Source: Lingula anatina
Taxonomy: Eukaryota; Animalia; Brachiopoda
Length of the DNA stretch: 64,000 nt
Reading direction: 5' to 3'
Assembly (NCBI GenBank): GCA_051362555.1
Contig: CM120648.1
Span: 6,196,587-6,260,586 of the forward strand
Shown here: positions 1 through 12,646 of the stretch, in pieces
Layout of the letters: each line of letters begins with the position of its first letter
How positions within the stretch are numbered: position 1 is the stretch's first letter
Position numbers and translations under genes: made by a program
Notes under the pieces: model-generated
What the model was told of the DNA's origin: nothing
The model's input: only the letters and a program-made list of their open reading frames with translations
The model's database searches: none

Positions 1-1174
1 AATGAATCTGACAAACTGCAATGATAAGAGTTTATTTCCATTTTTGAAACTCTATTATACAATACATGATAACAAGCTTACCATCATTTTTACATAATCA
101 ACTAACAATGTTGTAAAGATGCAGGAAATGTTAAACAAAGACTTTTACGTATCTTATTAGTTAAATAATGAGACTGTAAAGATGCCTAAGAATTGAATCT
201 GAGGAAATGTGAAACAAGACAGCACTGTTATGAAATGGGTTTATTTCCATTTTTAACACTTTTTTAACATAAAACGAAATTAACAGTTTACTGCCATTTT
301 TATATGATCAACTAAGAAAATTGATGAGATGGGAAAAATATCAATAGAACAGTGTCAAATGTCCAATTTCCTCCATTCTGAGTTTCTGAACATAATGAAT
401 GATTGCATCTTACAAACTGCAATGATATGAGTTTATTTCCATTTTTGACACTTTATTACACAATACACGATAACAAGTTTACCATCATTTTTACATAATC
501 AACTAACAATGTTGTAAAGATGCAGGAAATGTCAAACAAACACTTTTACGTATCTTATTAATTAAATAATCAGACTGTTAACATGCCTAAGAATTGAATC
601 TGAAGAAATGTGAAAAAACAGCATAACTTATAAAATAATGGCCCGATTATGCTGATTTTCGAACTTGACCTGCGTTTTAGTAAGATTGATTACTCCTGTG
701 AGTTTCATGACAACAGGCCTATCAGTTTTCTTTGAAATGTGTTAACAGTGTTGCATATATGCTGAAAAGTGAAAAAATAGCATAACTACTAAAATGGTGG
801 CCCGATCATGCCGATTTTTCGAACTTGACCTGCGTTTTAGTAAGATTGATTACTCCTGTGAGTTTCATGACAACAGGCCTATCGGTTTTCTTTGAAATGT
901 GTTAACAGTGTTGCATATATGCTGAAAAGTGAAAAAACAGCATAAATTCTACAATAATGGCCCGATCATGCTGATTTTCAAACTTGACCTGCGTTTTATG
1001 AATATTCATCAGCTCTGTAAATATAAAGCCAAAAAGTAAAACTGTCTTCCACTTATGGTGTTAACGCTGAAAGTGCACGGCGACGGCAACGGCGACATCG
1101 ATGGCGACATGAACGGCGACGACAGACGCAGGTGATGGCAATATGTACAGACACAGATGTGTCTGTACATAAAA
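1..1174 (-). mobile_element. Non-autonomous Helentron/HINE-like element with internal tandem repeats (runs off left edge)
   Basis: Hairpin TATGTACAGACAC-n-GTGTCTGTACATA at ~1142-1171 next to an A-run (TT on minus strand), beside a CGGCGA/GAC-like microsatellite (1078-1128). Internal repeats: ~160-bp unit x3 (AACTTGACCTGCGTTTTA at 662, 822, 981) and a ~400-bp duplication (12-230 vs 413-630). Matches the HINE/DINE-1 end layout. Confidence 0.65.
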
Positions 1175-2969
1175 AGTATCAACTATCTACTTTGATATCT
1201 TTATGCTCCCTTGCCTGGTAAAAAAAAAAGAAAAGAAAAAAAATTATTGACAGGAAGCATATTTTATACGTGCTAACATGGACCCAAATAGGCCATTCTA
1301 TGTTTAAGGACCAACTGACACCGTTTTCACATCATGTTTTATAACTTTATATTCCACGCCATTTTGAATGGTTCTGACATGTACTTTACACAGATGGGTG
1401 TATTACCCCCTTTCACAACTTCTTGTCCAACCGATTCCTCCAGTAAATCAACTTGGGCCCCATAACTCGAAAGCGTGGCGCATTGCAACCGAGTGCAAGT
1501 GTCTCGATTCCATAACTAGCCCCATCTAATACACTGTAGCCTCTATATGATATTGCTATTTGCAGTACGCGATACTTTCAAGTTACCAGGCCTTGGTTTA
1601 CTACCTTGAGCGAAGATATTAGGTTGTCCATCTCTGATTAGGGTGCAACACAGAAAAGTGTACTGCATGCTGTGGATTGGGTCTGAGAGGTACATGTAAT
1701 ACGTTGACACATAGTCAAAGCTAGTATCAGTATGGTCCAAAATGACTAGAGAAAACTTTCCCATTCTAAACAAGACCAGTTAATCTCACCAACGAGTCAT
1801 TTCACGTTTATCAAAAGTTGACATATATATTCTTTATCATGCAGACTTTAAATATTTCAGGACAAATATAGATTTAATTATTTTTCAAACAAATAAATCA
1901 TGACTCAAGTTTTTCATGTAAATTGTACGTGCTGCCTGGAATCTTAGTTACCCCACCACATGATAAGACTTCTCCTTTGTGTTTAGATTTACAGAAATAT
2001 TGAACAATAATAAATAAAATTCAATAGTGTGAAAGCTTTCTTGAATGTGATAGCCTGCTGAAAGAAAGAAATTGGAGAAGTTGGATTACAAACTGTAACA
2101 TATGTTGGAAAGTAAAAGACATGCTTTTGACACCAAAGAGTAAATGGTATTCTCCACTCACTATTCTTTTTCTTTACAACTGAAAGATTTTTCACATATA
2201 ACAGTGCCTTACAAGCTTATTCAGTAAAAGAAAAAGTTCAAAAATCTTCATTTTACTTTGGATCTCTTGTTGCTTATTTACCATTTCCTAAAATATAAGA
2301 ATTCTTCATGGTTTTAGAAATCAAAATATTTGTAATTGGCCAGAGACTTTCAGCAGCCACAGTTTACCGAAAAATTACTCTGTACTGGAAATTAAAGAAA
2401 AAAGTCAACAATACTGGGATTAAGTCAGTACAGAGAATTCTGCCAATTTTTTAAAATTATTTCTAACAACATATATATTATCTAATATAATATATATCAA
2501 AATTAAATATCTATATGTTCGACCATGTTTTTTTTTAATACATATATTTTGTCTCATTATGTGAATGCTTGTAATTGATACAAGCTCAGTGGGTCTAAAA
2601 TGATTTACTGCCTTGGTGAGTTGTTTGTTTGTAGCCAGCACAAATAAATATTAGTGCACACAACAATTCCTGAGCTGTGCAACAAAAGCATCACTTGCAG
2701 AAGCCACTGATAAAGATTCCTTTAATTTATAACTGAAGAATATTTCTCTTCATTGAACAATTCACTGTTGGTATTATACAAAACTTTTTCCTCTGACATC
2801 ACAAAGGCATAACCCGACTATGTGTTCAACAAATTAAAGTAAAAGAGTTCATCTCCTCTTAAATCAGTGGTTTACACATGAATTTGAAAGAGACCATCCA
2901 AATTATCCTATGAGTAGAAGAACTGGCCACATTCCTGACTGGGTGTGTAGCAGGAACATGGGTCTAGGT

Positions 2970-3171
2970 TCACTGGCCATCTCCCTGAATCATTCTTTTC
3001 ACTGGGGTCACGAAGGCATCCATCACATTTTTTAGAAAAGACTTTCGGCTTGCATTCCCTTGATTGTCAGTCTTGGACAGATCTGGCACAGGAACAGGAT
3101 CTGACCTGAGAAAATTAAGACAAGAACTGCATTAGTGTTTGATTGAAATATGTTGTCCTTAAAGGTCATCT

Positions 3172-3218
<47 letters not shown>

Positions 3219-4777
3219 TGGATGGAGTCACGAGTGATGAGTGTTTTAGTATACCTTGCCAGTTGCTGCAATTTCATATCCTCTTGCAGCTCCTCTACTT
3301 CTATGATGTGACGATCAGGACGCATTCTCCTAGAACTAGACCTTAGGTTATACATGCTGTCAGTGTCAGAAAGCACTGCCGGTGTGGACTTGGATTTTCT
3401 TGGTGAGCTGCGACCTGGTGGTGGCTGTAGCTGTACTCTGGTCCCTTTGTGTTTGATGACTGACGAGTTCTGCATTCGATTCTCTTGAACTTCAACGTGA
3501 TTCAAAGACCTTTGTCTTTCCAGAGCCACATTTCTATTGCTTTTATCAGACAACTTGTGCTTCACATGAGAGCTCACTGAAAATGCATCAGCTTTATTTC
3601 TCATGGAGTCTGTAGTCAAAGAAACAGCCCTTGTAATATGTGCCTTGTTCTTGCTGAGTGGATGCTTTTTAATCCTTAATTTTACAGATCTCGTTTCCAA
3701 TTTGTCGCTTTTAGTGCTTGAATCCCTAGAAGAGTTGCATCTGTTTCTTAAGGAGAATCTGTTTTTAATCTTAGCACTTCCAGGATGTCTAGAACTCGCT
3801 GGACCCTCACTATTTCTATTTTTCAGGGGATTGCCTGTAAGCTTCCTATGTGCTTTTTCCTTAGTTTTCCACCTCCCAAAATATGCCACATCCCTCTCAT
3901 TAACTTTGCCTCTGCTATTTCTAGATGAAAGAGCTCTGTTCTTCAATATCACCTTCTCTCTGCTTTGCACACTTGGTCTTAGAGATGCTTCAGATCTTGA
4001 TTTTTTTGATCGGTATTCCTTCACTTTCTTCAGTCTCTCACTCAAAATTTGACTCCTAATACTAGTTTTACCAGGCATTTCAGCAGATTTTGCCTTAGAC
4101 TTAAATCTGTAGGCCTTTGCTTTTGATCGTGTATTGGGATACACTGCTACAGAAGAGTTTTCATTTCTAACAGTAGATTGGTGATCAACCTCTCCTTGAA
4201 CAGGGGCCAGTCTTTCAACTGCAGTATTATCTTTCCCAACCTGCTGTTGTCTTTGTGTAGAAGTTTTGGTGTGCGGTTGTATTGTCTTCTTTGATGGACG
4301 AGATATACTGGGTAACTCAATATCATCATCAGGGGTTCTTTTATCAGCAACACTCATCTTGTTTTTTCTGGGCCTGTTTGATTTTTCAGAGGGCATTGTG
4401 ACACAATTGCCATTACTTCCACCTCCTACTTCAGTTTCACTAGTACCTCGAATTAAGACATCAAGTATGGTACAATGAGAATTTGCTTTCAATTCTTTTC
4501 CATGCCTTTTAAAACCATGTTTGTCAGCTACAGATATATACCACGGTTTTCGATGAAATCTCACAAGACAGTTTCTAGTTTTGATGGGCCCCGGGTTGTA
4601 CCTGGGATCTCTCATGTACAGCACGGCTCTCACTACTTGCTCCAATTCCTTCTGTATTTGCTGTTGTGGCACAGCAAGGACACCATCCTGACATGCGCAC
4701 TGGATTCTGAATTTGTACACAGTGTCGTTGTGTTGCAAGAGCTTGGTCTCTACACCAGGGACCTTAAACGGCTTCAT
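2970..4777 (-). CDS. MAJIN: MAJIN-like membrane-anchored junction protein (meiotic telomere-nuclear envelope attachment); exons 4777-3255 and 3105-2970
   Basis: N-terminus KPFKVPGVETKLLQHNDTVYKFRI...QKELEQVVRAVL...KPW...FKRHG aligns by eye to recalled vertebrate MAJIN (KPFTYPFPETRFLHAGPNVYKFKI...QELEDSVRVVL...KW...FKHG). A long basic Ser/Lys/Arg-rich region follows. Donor AG|gtata at 3255/3254 and acceptor ctcag|G at 3106/3105 join in frame, ending ...SFLKNVMDAFVTPVKRMIQGDGQ* (amphipathic helix). Confidence 0.8.
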
Positions 4778-5299
4778 TGTTTAAATCTGAAAGTGACAAG
4801 ATAATCAGTGATGATGATGAAAAGGAAAGGGCAACAGAAATTGAATCAATTATTTAATCATGGGTCTCACATGCAATAAGAATGCAACTAATTTCAAGTG
4901 ACTGACTGTGAAGCTTTGTTTGAATACAAGGTAACGAAATACTCTGCACAGTCTCTTAAACTTGGTATTCATGTTTGAGCTTATGGTTTCCGATGTGTAC
5001 TGGCTGTGCTAACGCATTGCAGTAAACGATGCAAAAAATCTAACGCATGATAATTAAATGCAAAAACCTCAAAAAGTGTAAAACGACGTCAAGCTTCAAT
5101 TTTTTTAATAACCAAGTTTCATCTCGTTAACGATGAAACGAATGGCAGATTTGGGATTTGGTTTCAAACTCTCCGAGGCTGAAGTGAATGGCAAACAAGC
5201 GGGTAGTAAGTCAAAATGAAATTAAGCTGTTCTTAATTCTAATTGTGTATGTTAAACTGTGCTATTCTGGACTGAATGGGCCAATCTAAATGTACTTAC

Positions 5300-5650
5300 G
5301 AGTTTCATAAAAAAAAGATAATGCACTTAGATTATGGCATCTGTCGTCGTCTGCACGCTTATCAATTTCAAACATGGCGGCTTCTCTAACCCATCTCTAA
5401 CAAACGCGATTTAAATTATTCACTTTGACAATGAACTAACTCAAAATATCTAAGAAAAATATATTTTATTTGCCTAAATTCAAGATAGCACAAATAAAAA
5501 CAGCTTTGAATTATACATTTTTCTTTGCAGTTTCCCACAATGCAGCAGCAAAACACATTTGACCTACTTACGGGCTGTCGAACCAAAAATGAGTGAATGT
5601 GACTGGAATGATAACTAAATTGTATTTATTGTTTTTCAGTCGAAAGTAAG
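5300..5650. promoter_or_regulatory. Putative bidirectional promoter for MAJIN-like (-) and GLCE (+)
   Basis: Outward-facing GTAAGT donors at ~5299 (-) and 5646 (+) bracket a YY1-like AACATGGCGGC (5371-5381) and a ZNF143/Staf-like TTTCCCACAATGC (5531-5543). Confidence 0.5.
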
Positions 5651-6305
5651 TATTTGCTGCTTGTCTTAAACCAAGCGTTTCCTATAGAAGTCCGGGGGAA
5701 TCTGTGAAAAAGGGATTTGTCGAAGGGTATTGATACTGTAGAGTCGACGTGTTAGATTTCTCACTCAGAGTAAACCGAGTGGAATGATTGGTATGTGTAG
5801 GCTTTGGTTTTAAAGAAATTCATTGATATATCAAAATAAAGAAAAAATATAAATACTTTAAATGACTCAAATTGAAGAAGCTACCCATGCTGAGTATTCA
5901 AGTCCAGTGGCCATGAAATTCTAACCCGAAAGGTTAAATAAATATTTTAACTTATTAAATTTTATTAAATATTTTTCATTTATTTTTGTTACCAAGCTGC
6001 TAAGGCGTATTTTAAGCTGCAGGTCCCAGGCAGGTTTATCTGAAACTAATGGTTAATTACAGCATTCAAAATACCTGTAGATTGACTCTGCTCTGTTCAG
6101 AGGGGAAAACAACAGAATGCAAAATAAACTGAAAAGCTGGGGAAACAAAGACACCAGGAATTTTTGGAAAAAAATAATTAAATCGATGTCTTTCATTTCA
6201 GATTTACTCTTAAACAAGAGGACAAACAGAAAACAACAGACAATGTGAGGACCATAAGAGACTTCTAGTGTAAACCGAGAGAGCCAGGAAGAGATGTCAG
6301 ATGCC

Positions 6306-7786
6306 ATGCGCCTTTCAAGTTTGAATCGTTTCCGGCATCCTGCTATCAGGTTTGCGTTGCCAGTGTTGTCTATAGTGGCTCTCCTGGTCTCTTTTCACAT
6401 GTGCTGGAATAAGTGTAGTGACAGGATTGTCCACAGCCCGACTGGGCATCAGGATGATAACTTTTATAGGTGAGAACCATAAACAACATGACGTAATTTC
6501 TGTTAAATTTTTCATGGTTTCAAGGACTTCTGTTCACTAATATTCAGCCTCATGATCGCTCTTGTGTCAGCTGTTTGATAAATAATTAGTTCCAAATTTA
6601 GCAGTCTTTTATTGGTAATGTGTTAGTAAGCATACAAGTTTTTGCATAATATCCATGTACTATAGAATTTACTGTAGCGAACTGTGCATGTATATCTGTC
6701 CAATTATCTATCTTTCCTCTTTCCGCCTCTCACTAAATTCTCAGGGCATCCCCATACAGCTGCAAAGCCATCGTTTGGCCACACCAGAAGATGGGTGACT
6801 TTTCTACAGCTTATGGTAACTTTATAGATTCAAAGTCATCCAATCTGCAGCAGTAACCTTTTATAAAAACTTAATCTTATTTTTTTCCCAGGGAAGATAG
6901 GCCGATAGGACAAGATGAAATATATGAAGAGAACTCTGAGCATCTCAACTCAAATGACCTTGGCAAAGGTCAAGGTCAACATAAATCAAAGCCTGTTGAT
7001 GAAATGGAGGAGGAGGAGGATGGTGGTAGAAGTCAAAAGATGTACAAGGCAATACAGTGCCACATTAACGAGGATTATAATATTCCTTGCAGAAAGGAGG
7101 ACAAAGAGGTCTATGTTCCATTTAGTTTCGTGCAGAACTACTTTGAGGTAAGGCTGAGTGAAGTGAGCTAGGCATTGGTTTTGTGTGACTTATTGTGGAG
7201 AACGTTCATTGGTCCAGCATCAAAATACCTAGTTTTACGAAAAATCTTGTACAGACATTAAATTTACATTTGCACACTGATCATCATTTTCTACATTCCT
7301 TGTCACCTTCAGCAGTACTTTTGCTGTCACTGTTTTACACTAATAAAATTTTGTTTCATATTCTTGATTTCAGATCACTGGCAGTGTTCAGCAACAGGAA
7401 GATGGTGGAGAAGTGTTAAACTGGCTTCACAGTTACTCCGAGATAAAACAGCTGCGAGAGAAATACTCAACAAAGGGCGTCTTCATGCACTTTGACCACT
7501 ATAATGTGGAGGTGCGAGACAGGGTGAAATGTGTCAGTGGAATGGATGGTGAGTGGCCTACTTTTTTCCCTGTCCCCATCCCCTTTTTTTCTGGCTTCTT
7601 TGATCTCATTCTTTCTCTCTCCTTTTTTTCTCTCTCTTTCATTCCCCCTTTCTCTCTCTCTCTCTCTCATCCCCACTATCTACCCCTCTCTCATCCCTCT
7701 CATTCTCTCTCATTCTTCTCCCTCACTCTCTTCCACTCTCTCTCTCTCTCTCCCATCCCCTCTTTCTTTTTCATCCCTCCCACTCA

Positions 7787-7822
<36 letters not shown>

Positions 7823-8136
7823 AGTCAGCTCAAACCATTCTCCCTGCCAAGTCCACAGTAATTCAAACACCTGTATATATATATATCTATCTCCAGGTGT
7901 CCCAGTGTCCACCCAGTGGGGACCTCAGGGCTACTACTACCCCATACAGATTGCCCAGTTTGGCCTCAGTCACTACTCCAAGTTCCTCATCGACACAGAA
8001 AAAGCCAGTGTGACCCAGCGTCTTAAAGACGGGCAGGTTAACCGTGAGCTCTGGGAGGTACCAGGGGGCGCCACTGTCCACAGTGTAGAGGACGATGATA
8101 GAGGAGGGCAAGTAGTGGAGTTTAAGAACACTGGTG

Positions 8137-8182
<46 letters not shown>

Positions 8183-10169
8183 GGGGGGGGTGATGTTTAT
8201 CTTCCTTTATTAATTTGTATATTTGTATCTGATATTTTAATACAGGTGGTCAAGTTATCGAATTTAAGAATGCTGTAGAAGGGGAGGGGTATTCTTTTAT
8301 AATTTATTTACACATATTCTAAATATTTGAGAACTTGACAATGTTTGTTATATTTTAATAATGGTGGCCAATTTGCACCCTGAGCTTCAGAGCTAACTTG
8401 ACACTAACCTATTCACTGTAGCCTATCTTCATCGTGTCAAGTAACCTCTGACCAGATTCGATTGCCTCCGCCGCCCGCCAATCAAATATAAAAGCCCGCA
8501 CTCAATGACTCATTAAACGATCTAGCCAATGAACGCGAACGAGTCAAAGCGCGCTTTGTTCAAATCCGGACCAATCAAAGATAAGGCTGAATATCAGGGT
8601 CTTGCCGTAACCTGTGGGCAGCACGCAAATAACATCGTCTCTCAGTAGATAATGATGCAGGGCCTCAAACTGCTAGACCCTATGGTTTCAATTCCGATTT
8701 ACTCATATTTTGCAAAGAATCAAGAGATAACTTAACACATTCTTTTTCGTAGTCACTCGCCTTGCTTTCTTTGTGTACGGTAATACACTCGGAACTACTC
8801 GGATGTCTCCGCACTCGACAATAACTTTGTTGTTAGTATGGAGCTTGCGGAATCAGCCGAGGATTGCCGATTGACGGTCAACCAATCAGCGTTTTCACCA
8901 AACTTTGGTGAAAAATTTTGAAACATGGATTTGATTGGCTTATATAAACTAGGTCAAACTATTTTCGTCAGAGGTTACTTGACACGATGAAGATAGGCTA
9001 CAGCGAAGAGGTTAGTGTCAAGTTAGCTCTGAAGCTCAGGGTGCCAATTTGTGGTATTAAAGAACACAAAATGTTTGAATTCTAGCTATTTCAGTGTCAT
9101 GTTTTCTATCGACTATGAAGCTTATTCATCTTTGTTTTCAGAGTCCTTTTCAAAGCCAGGGATTTTCTTTTCACTAGATGAGACAGCAGACTTTGTGTTA
9201 ACCTTTGACCTTAAGTTTGAGCACAATGGCAGCCTGACAGTTGAAGTGATGACAAAAGGCAGATCCAAGCAGAAACTGTTCCTAACATACACGTGTAGTA
9301 ACGTATTCATAGCTGCCTCTGGGAATAACATTTACCATGGAATAGGTGCAGATAAATGTAGAACGTGGCGCACATTCACACGTGATATTGTCACTGATGT
9401 CCAAAAAGGTGCTAAAATATTATGGAAGAAGAAGTATACTAAAAAACACATTTCGAGCATAGTGGGGCTCCACCTCCGTGGGCATGGGTGGATCGATAAC
9501 ATCTCAACCTCCAGCTCGGCTCACATGGCCCAGTTTTTTGCCGCCGCTGATTGGATGCTGAAGGCCCAGGACGAGGAAGGGGGCTGGCCAATCATGGTGA
9601 CTCGGAGAATCGCAGACGGAACAGTAGAGCTTCCGCCTGGATGGTACTCTGCCATGGCCCAGGGTCACGCTATGTCCACGCTTACACGTGCCTTTCTACG
9701 CTCTAAAGATCAGAAATACCTGGATGCTGCAATACGAGGGTTAAAACCCTTTGACGTGAAGAGTAAAGATCATGGGGTTTTAGCAATATTTATGGACAAA
9801 TATGCATGGTATGAAGAATACCCAACTGCGCCCAGTTTATTTGTTCTCAATGGTTTTATTTACTCCCTCTTGGGGCTTTATGATCTGAAGTCAGTGGCGC
9901 CGGAGAACTCTGACGTCCAGCGCCTTTATTCTCAGGGTTTGACCTCTCTCAAGGCCATGCTGCCGCTTTATGACACTGGGTCTGGGACAACGTACGATTT
10001 ACGTCATGTCACGATGAGCAGGCCCCCAAACAGGGCGCGATGGGACTATCACACCACACACATAACACAGTTGCTAGTTCTGGCTTCCATTGAGGATGAT
10101 CCTATTTTTGCCACGATGGCCAAACGGTGGACTGAGTACACAAAAGGAAAAAGATCTCCGCATAATTGA
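6306..10169 (+). CDS. GLCE: D-glucuronyl C5-epimerase (heparan sulfate epimerase); exons 6306-6469, 6892-7147, 7374-7548, 7897-8133, 9142-10169
   Basis: Type II TM ending WNKCS. Motifs FDHYNVEVRDRVKCVSG, GVPVSTQWGPQGYYYPIQIAQFGLSHYSK, WYSAMAQGHAMS, WYEEYPT..FVLNGFIYSL, LPLYDTGSGTTYDLRH, ARWDYHTTHI and C-terminal KGKRSPHN. Splice phases are consistent. Confidence 0.96.
8376..9043. mobile_element. Non-autonomous TIR element (668 bp) in GLCE intron 4, 77-bp TIRs, 8-bp TSD
   Basis: TIR CACCCTGAGCTTCAGAGCTAACTTGACAC... at 8376-8452 vs 8967-9043 (2 mismatches). Exact TSD CCAATTTG at 8368-8375 and 9044-9051 (hAT/P-like length). Confidence 0.92.
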
Positions 10170-10785
10170 AAAATTCCATGTCAGCACAATGTATGGTGAT
10201 GGCTTGAACTTTTCAATGGGGAAAATTGTGAATTTTACAGATAATGTTATTTTTTGAAGTCATCAGTTCTTAAAATTAGAACATTTTAATTGAGTGGTAG
10301 CAACAAAATTGAAAAGCAAGCTACCCTGTAGTTCTGTTCTATGCTGAAAAAGCACCACAAATGATAATGCAGAAATTTAATTTTTATGATTCCAATGTTA
10401 TGTATCTGAAGGATTTAATTTGATGATTTTTGCCCATTGAAAAGATCCAAGTCATTGCTGTATCAATGTTAATATGAGAAACAGTAGCACTTTACACTAA
10501 AGGTCAAATGTGTGTTTGGAGATGCACATAATTTTTCCAGTATATTTTACATTATTTGTCCAGCAATCTTTATGGAGTACTGAACATAAAATTGATAATA
10601 AATTTTGAAAATCTCTGACACTGAACTATAAGAGGGTAAATGTACTATAAGAGAGATGTTTGAAATTCTCAGTATTCAGAGAAACAAAGCAGAGTTAATT
10701 GTGGTACATATAATCATTAGTCTTCCACAGTGGGAATTGGGCATATTTTTTGTTTCTTTAATAGGAAATTTAGCTATCTATTTAT

Positions 10786-10960
10786 GGCCCCATTCAGAAT
10801 AGGGGACTAACTAGTCCAATGGTCAAATATGGCGACCCACTACAAAGCTTTCCATCTAATCCGCTAATAGACACTGAATAGATATCCCGTGGGTAAGTAT
10901 TCAAGTGGGTCGGCCATATTTTACCCTCAGACTAGTTGGTCCCCTATTGTGAATGGGGCC
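10786..10960. mobile_element. PIF/Harbinger-like MITE (175 bp)
   Basis: 31-bp TIR GGCCCCATTCAGAATAGGGGACTAACTAGTC / GACTAGTTGGTCCCCTATTGTGAATGGGGCC (2 mismatches), 3-bp TSD TAT on both sides. Confidence 0.8.
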
Positions 10961-12646
10961 TATCGGTCTTTCAACCACTATTCCAGCAAAAAAAGTAAAA
11001 GCTGCGCCATGCTTATTTTTATGTGAAGTATCCAGTTCTGCAAGGAAGCACAGCATAGAACACAGCAGCCTTTGTATTTTGCTAGAACCTGGTTGCACTT
11101 CTTGTGAACCTTAAATGTGAAATAGAAGAGATGATTTCTTTACAGCACCTCTCTAATCATCTCCTCTATGAAACTGCAATCTGTATCATATGTACGATTT
11201 TATCAGTTTATACATGGTGCTCAATTTGTAACCTGACGTGGTGTGAAAAATGCATATATTTATGTACAAGCTTTATTTAATGTGTACTTTACATTTTTAT
11301 CATACAGAGTAAAGTTTAAACTGCAAATGAGTAAGCACAAGTATTCCAATTCTATCATCTACGGCAATGTCTCATCATACGTTATTAACATATAGATTTT
11401 ATAAATGTATGAAATGCCACTGGCATCAATTACAACACAGAGTTAATTCATACTTTATGAAGAGCTCATCACAAGAACATGACAAATTATCAGTTGTGGA
11501 ACCACAAATCTGCTGATATTTCATTAATCATGAAGAATTCCAGACTCATTAGTAAGCCTCTCAAAGTATCTTGACACTGCATTAAACATTCTTATCTGCA
11601 TGCAGCAGGGTCAAAACAGAAGAAACCACAGAAAATAATAAAATAAGCCAAAGCAACCATAAGTCATATTTAACCCAATGTAGACCTGTCCTGCATGAGA
11701 AAAGGGTGTTTTTGCTACACAGAATTGTATAGTATTATATGTCAACAAAGCGATCTATGTCTAGACAAAATAATATCAGAGCTGAAGAATGACACTTGTC
11801 TTGATTTTTTTCATACTAACATGACAGCAAATTCACAAATGTGTAATGATAAAAATGTTCAAAAGCCTCCTGTTGTTATAATCTCTCAGTATAACAGCCA
11901 CAGGATTACAAACTGGTTGTCACATTAAACAAGGCATAATCTCTCTTACCCGGTGTGTGTAATGTCCTCAGCAATGTTTCCATCATGATTGATTAAAAAT
12001 GATCTAATTTGCACTCTTTTCTTCGTAATACATTAATAGAAAATATCAGGTTTTGAAAAAACCAAAAGGTCATTGTAATCTTTGCTGTGCAATGTACAAC
12101 GGAAAGCTTCTATGCTGAATATATAATTACTCATGTCAAAGTAATGAACTAATGTGGTTAGAATTTTTTTTAAAGAGAACTAACTTTTTTGAGAAGGGGA
12201 GGGGGGGATATTCTACAAGTAAGTGAACCTTGGAGTTGCAACAGTGATGCACAGATATTGTGTGATATTTGCAAAATTTTGTCGTACCCCATTACTTTCT
12301 TTGCTTTATTCTATAGTAGCCTCCAACATGGAAAGAAATCGACAGTAATATAAAATGATTATGCAAATATTACACATATTGTACGTGTGACAGTCTAACT
12401 GTCATTCCTCAGAGGCAAGGCTCAACAACAAGTTTTATCACCACATGTCCTTTGGACAGGTGGTCATAAAATTTAAATTTAACCTGTCTGAACTGAAATT
12501 TTACCTGTCCCAGACAGGCGCCAGTGTTGAGCCCTGAAAGGTTCAATTTTTGTGGAATGACCCTTCTTTTTTATGGTGTATATATTTCAATGGACAAAAG
12601 TTGCACAGCAATCCCTCGCGATTCGTTGAGAAAGTATGTGAGAAAA

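Noticed and set aside
3032-3254. C-terminus of the 581-aa ORF (HTHTHT... plus hydrophobic tail as a TM)
   Set aside because: Read-through into an intron with a (CA)n microsatellite. Splicing 3255->3105 gives a more plausible MAJIN-like end.
4450-4777. SLX4IP as the identity of the N-terminal domain
   Set aside because: Motifs KPF/ET/VYKF/ELE..VR.VL fit recalled MAJIN far better.
6745-6815. Candidate extra GLCE exon (AG...GT bounded)
   Set aside because: At 71 nt it would frameshift. The flanking exons already join in phase 2.
12417-12536. Possible hAT MITE relics (CAAGGCTCAACA...TGTTGAGCCCTG; similar at ~26953-27156 and ~58328-58524)
   Set aside because: Short imperfect TIRs without clean TSDs. 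Probably old relics, too weak to call.
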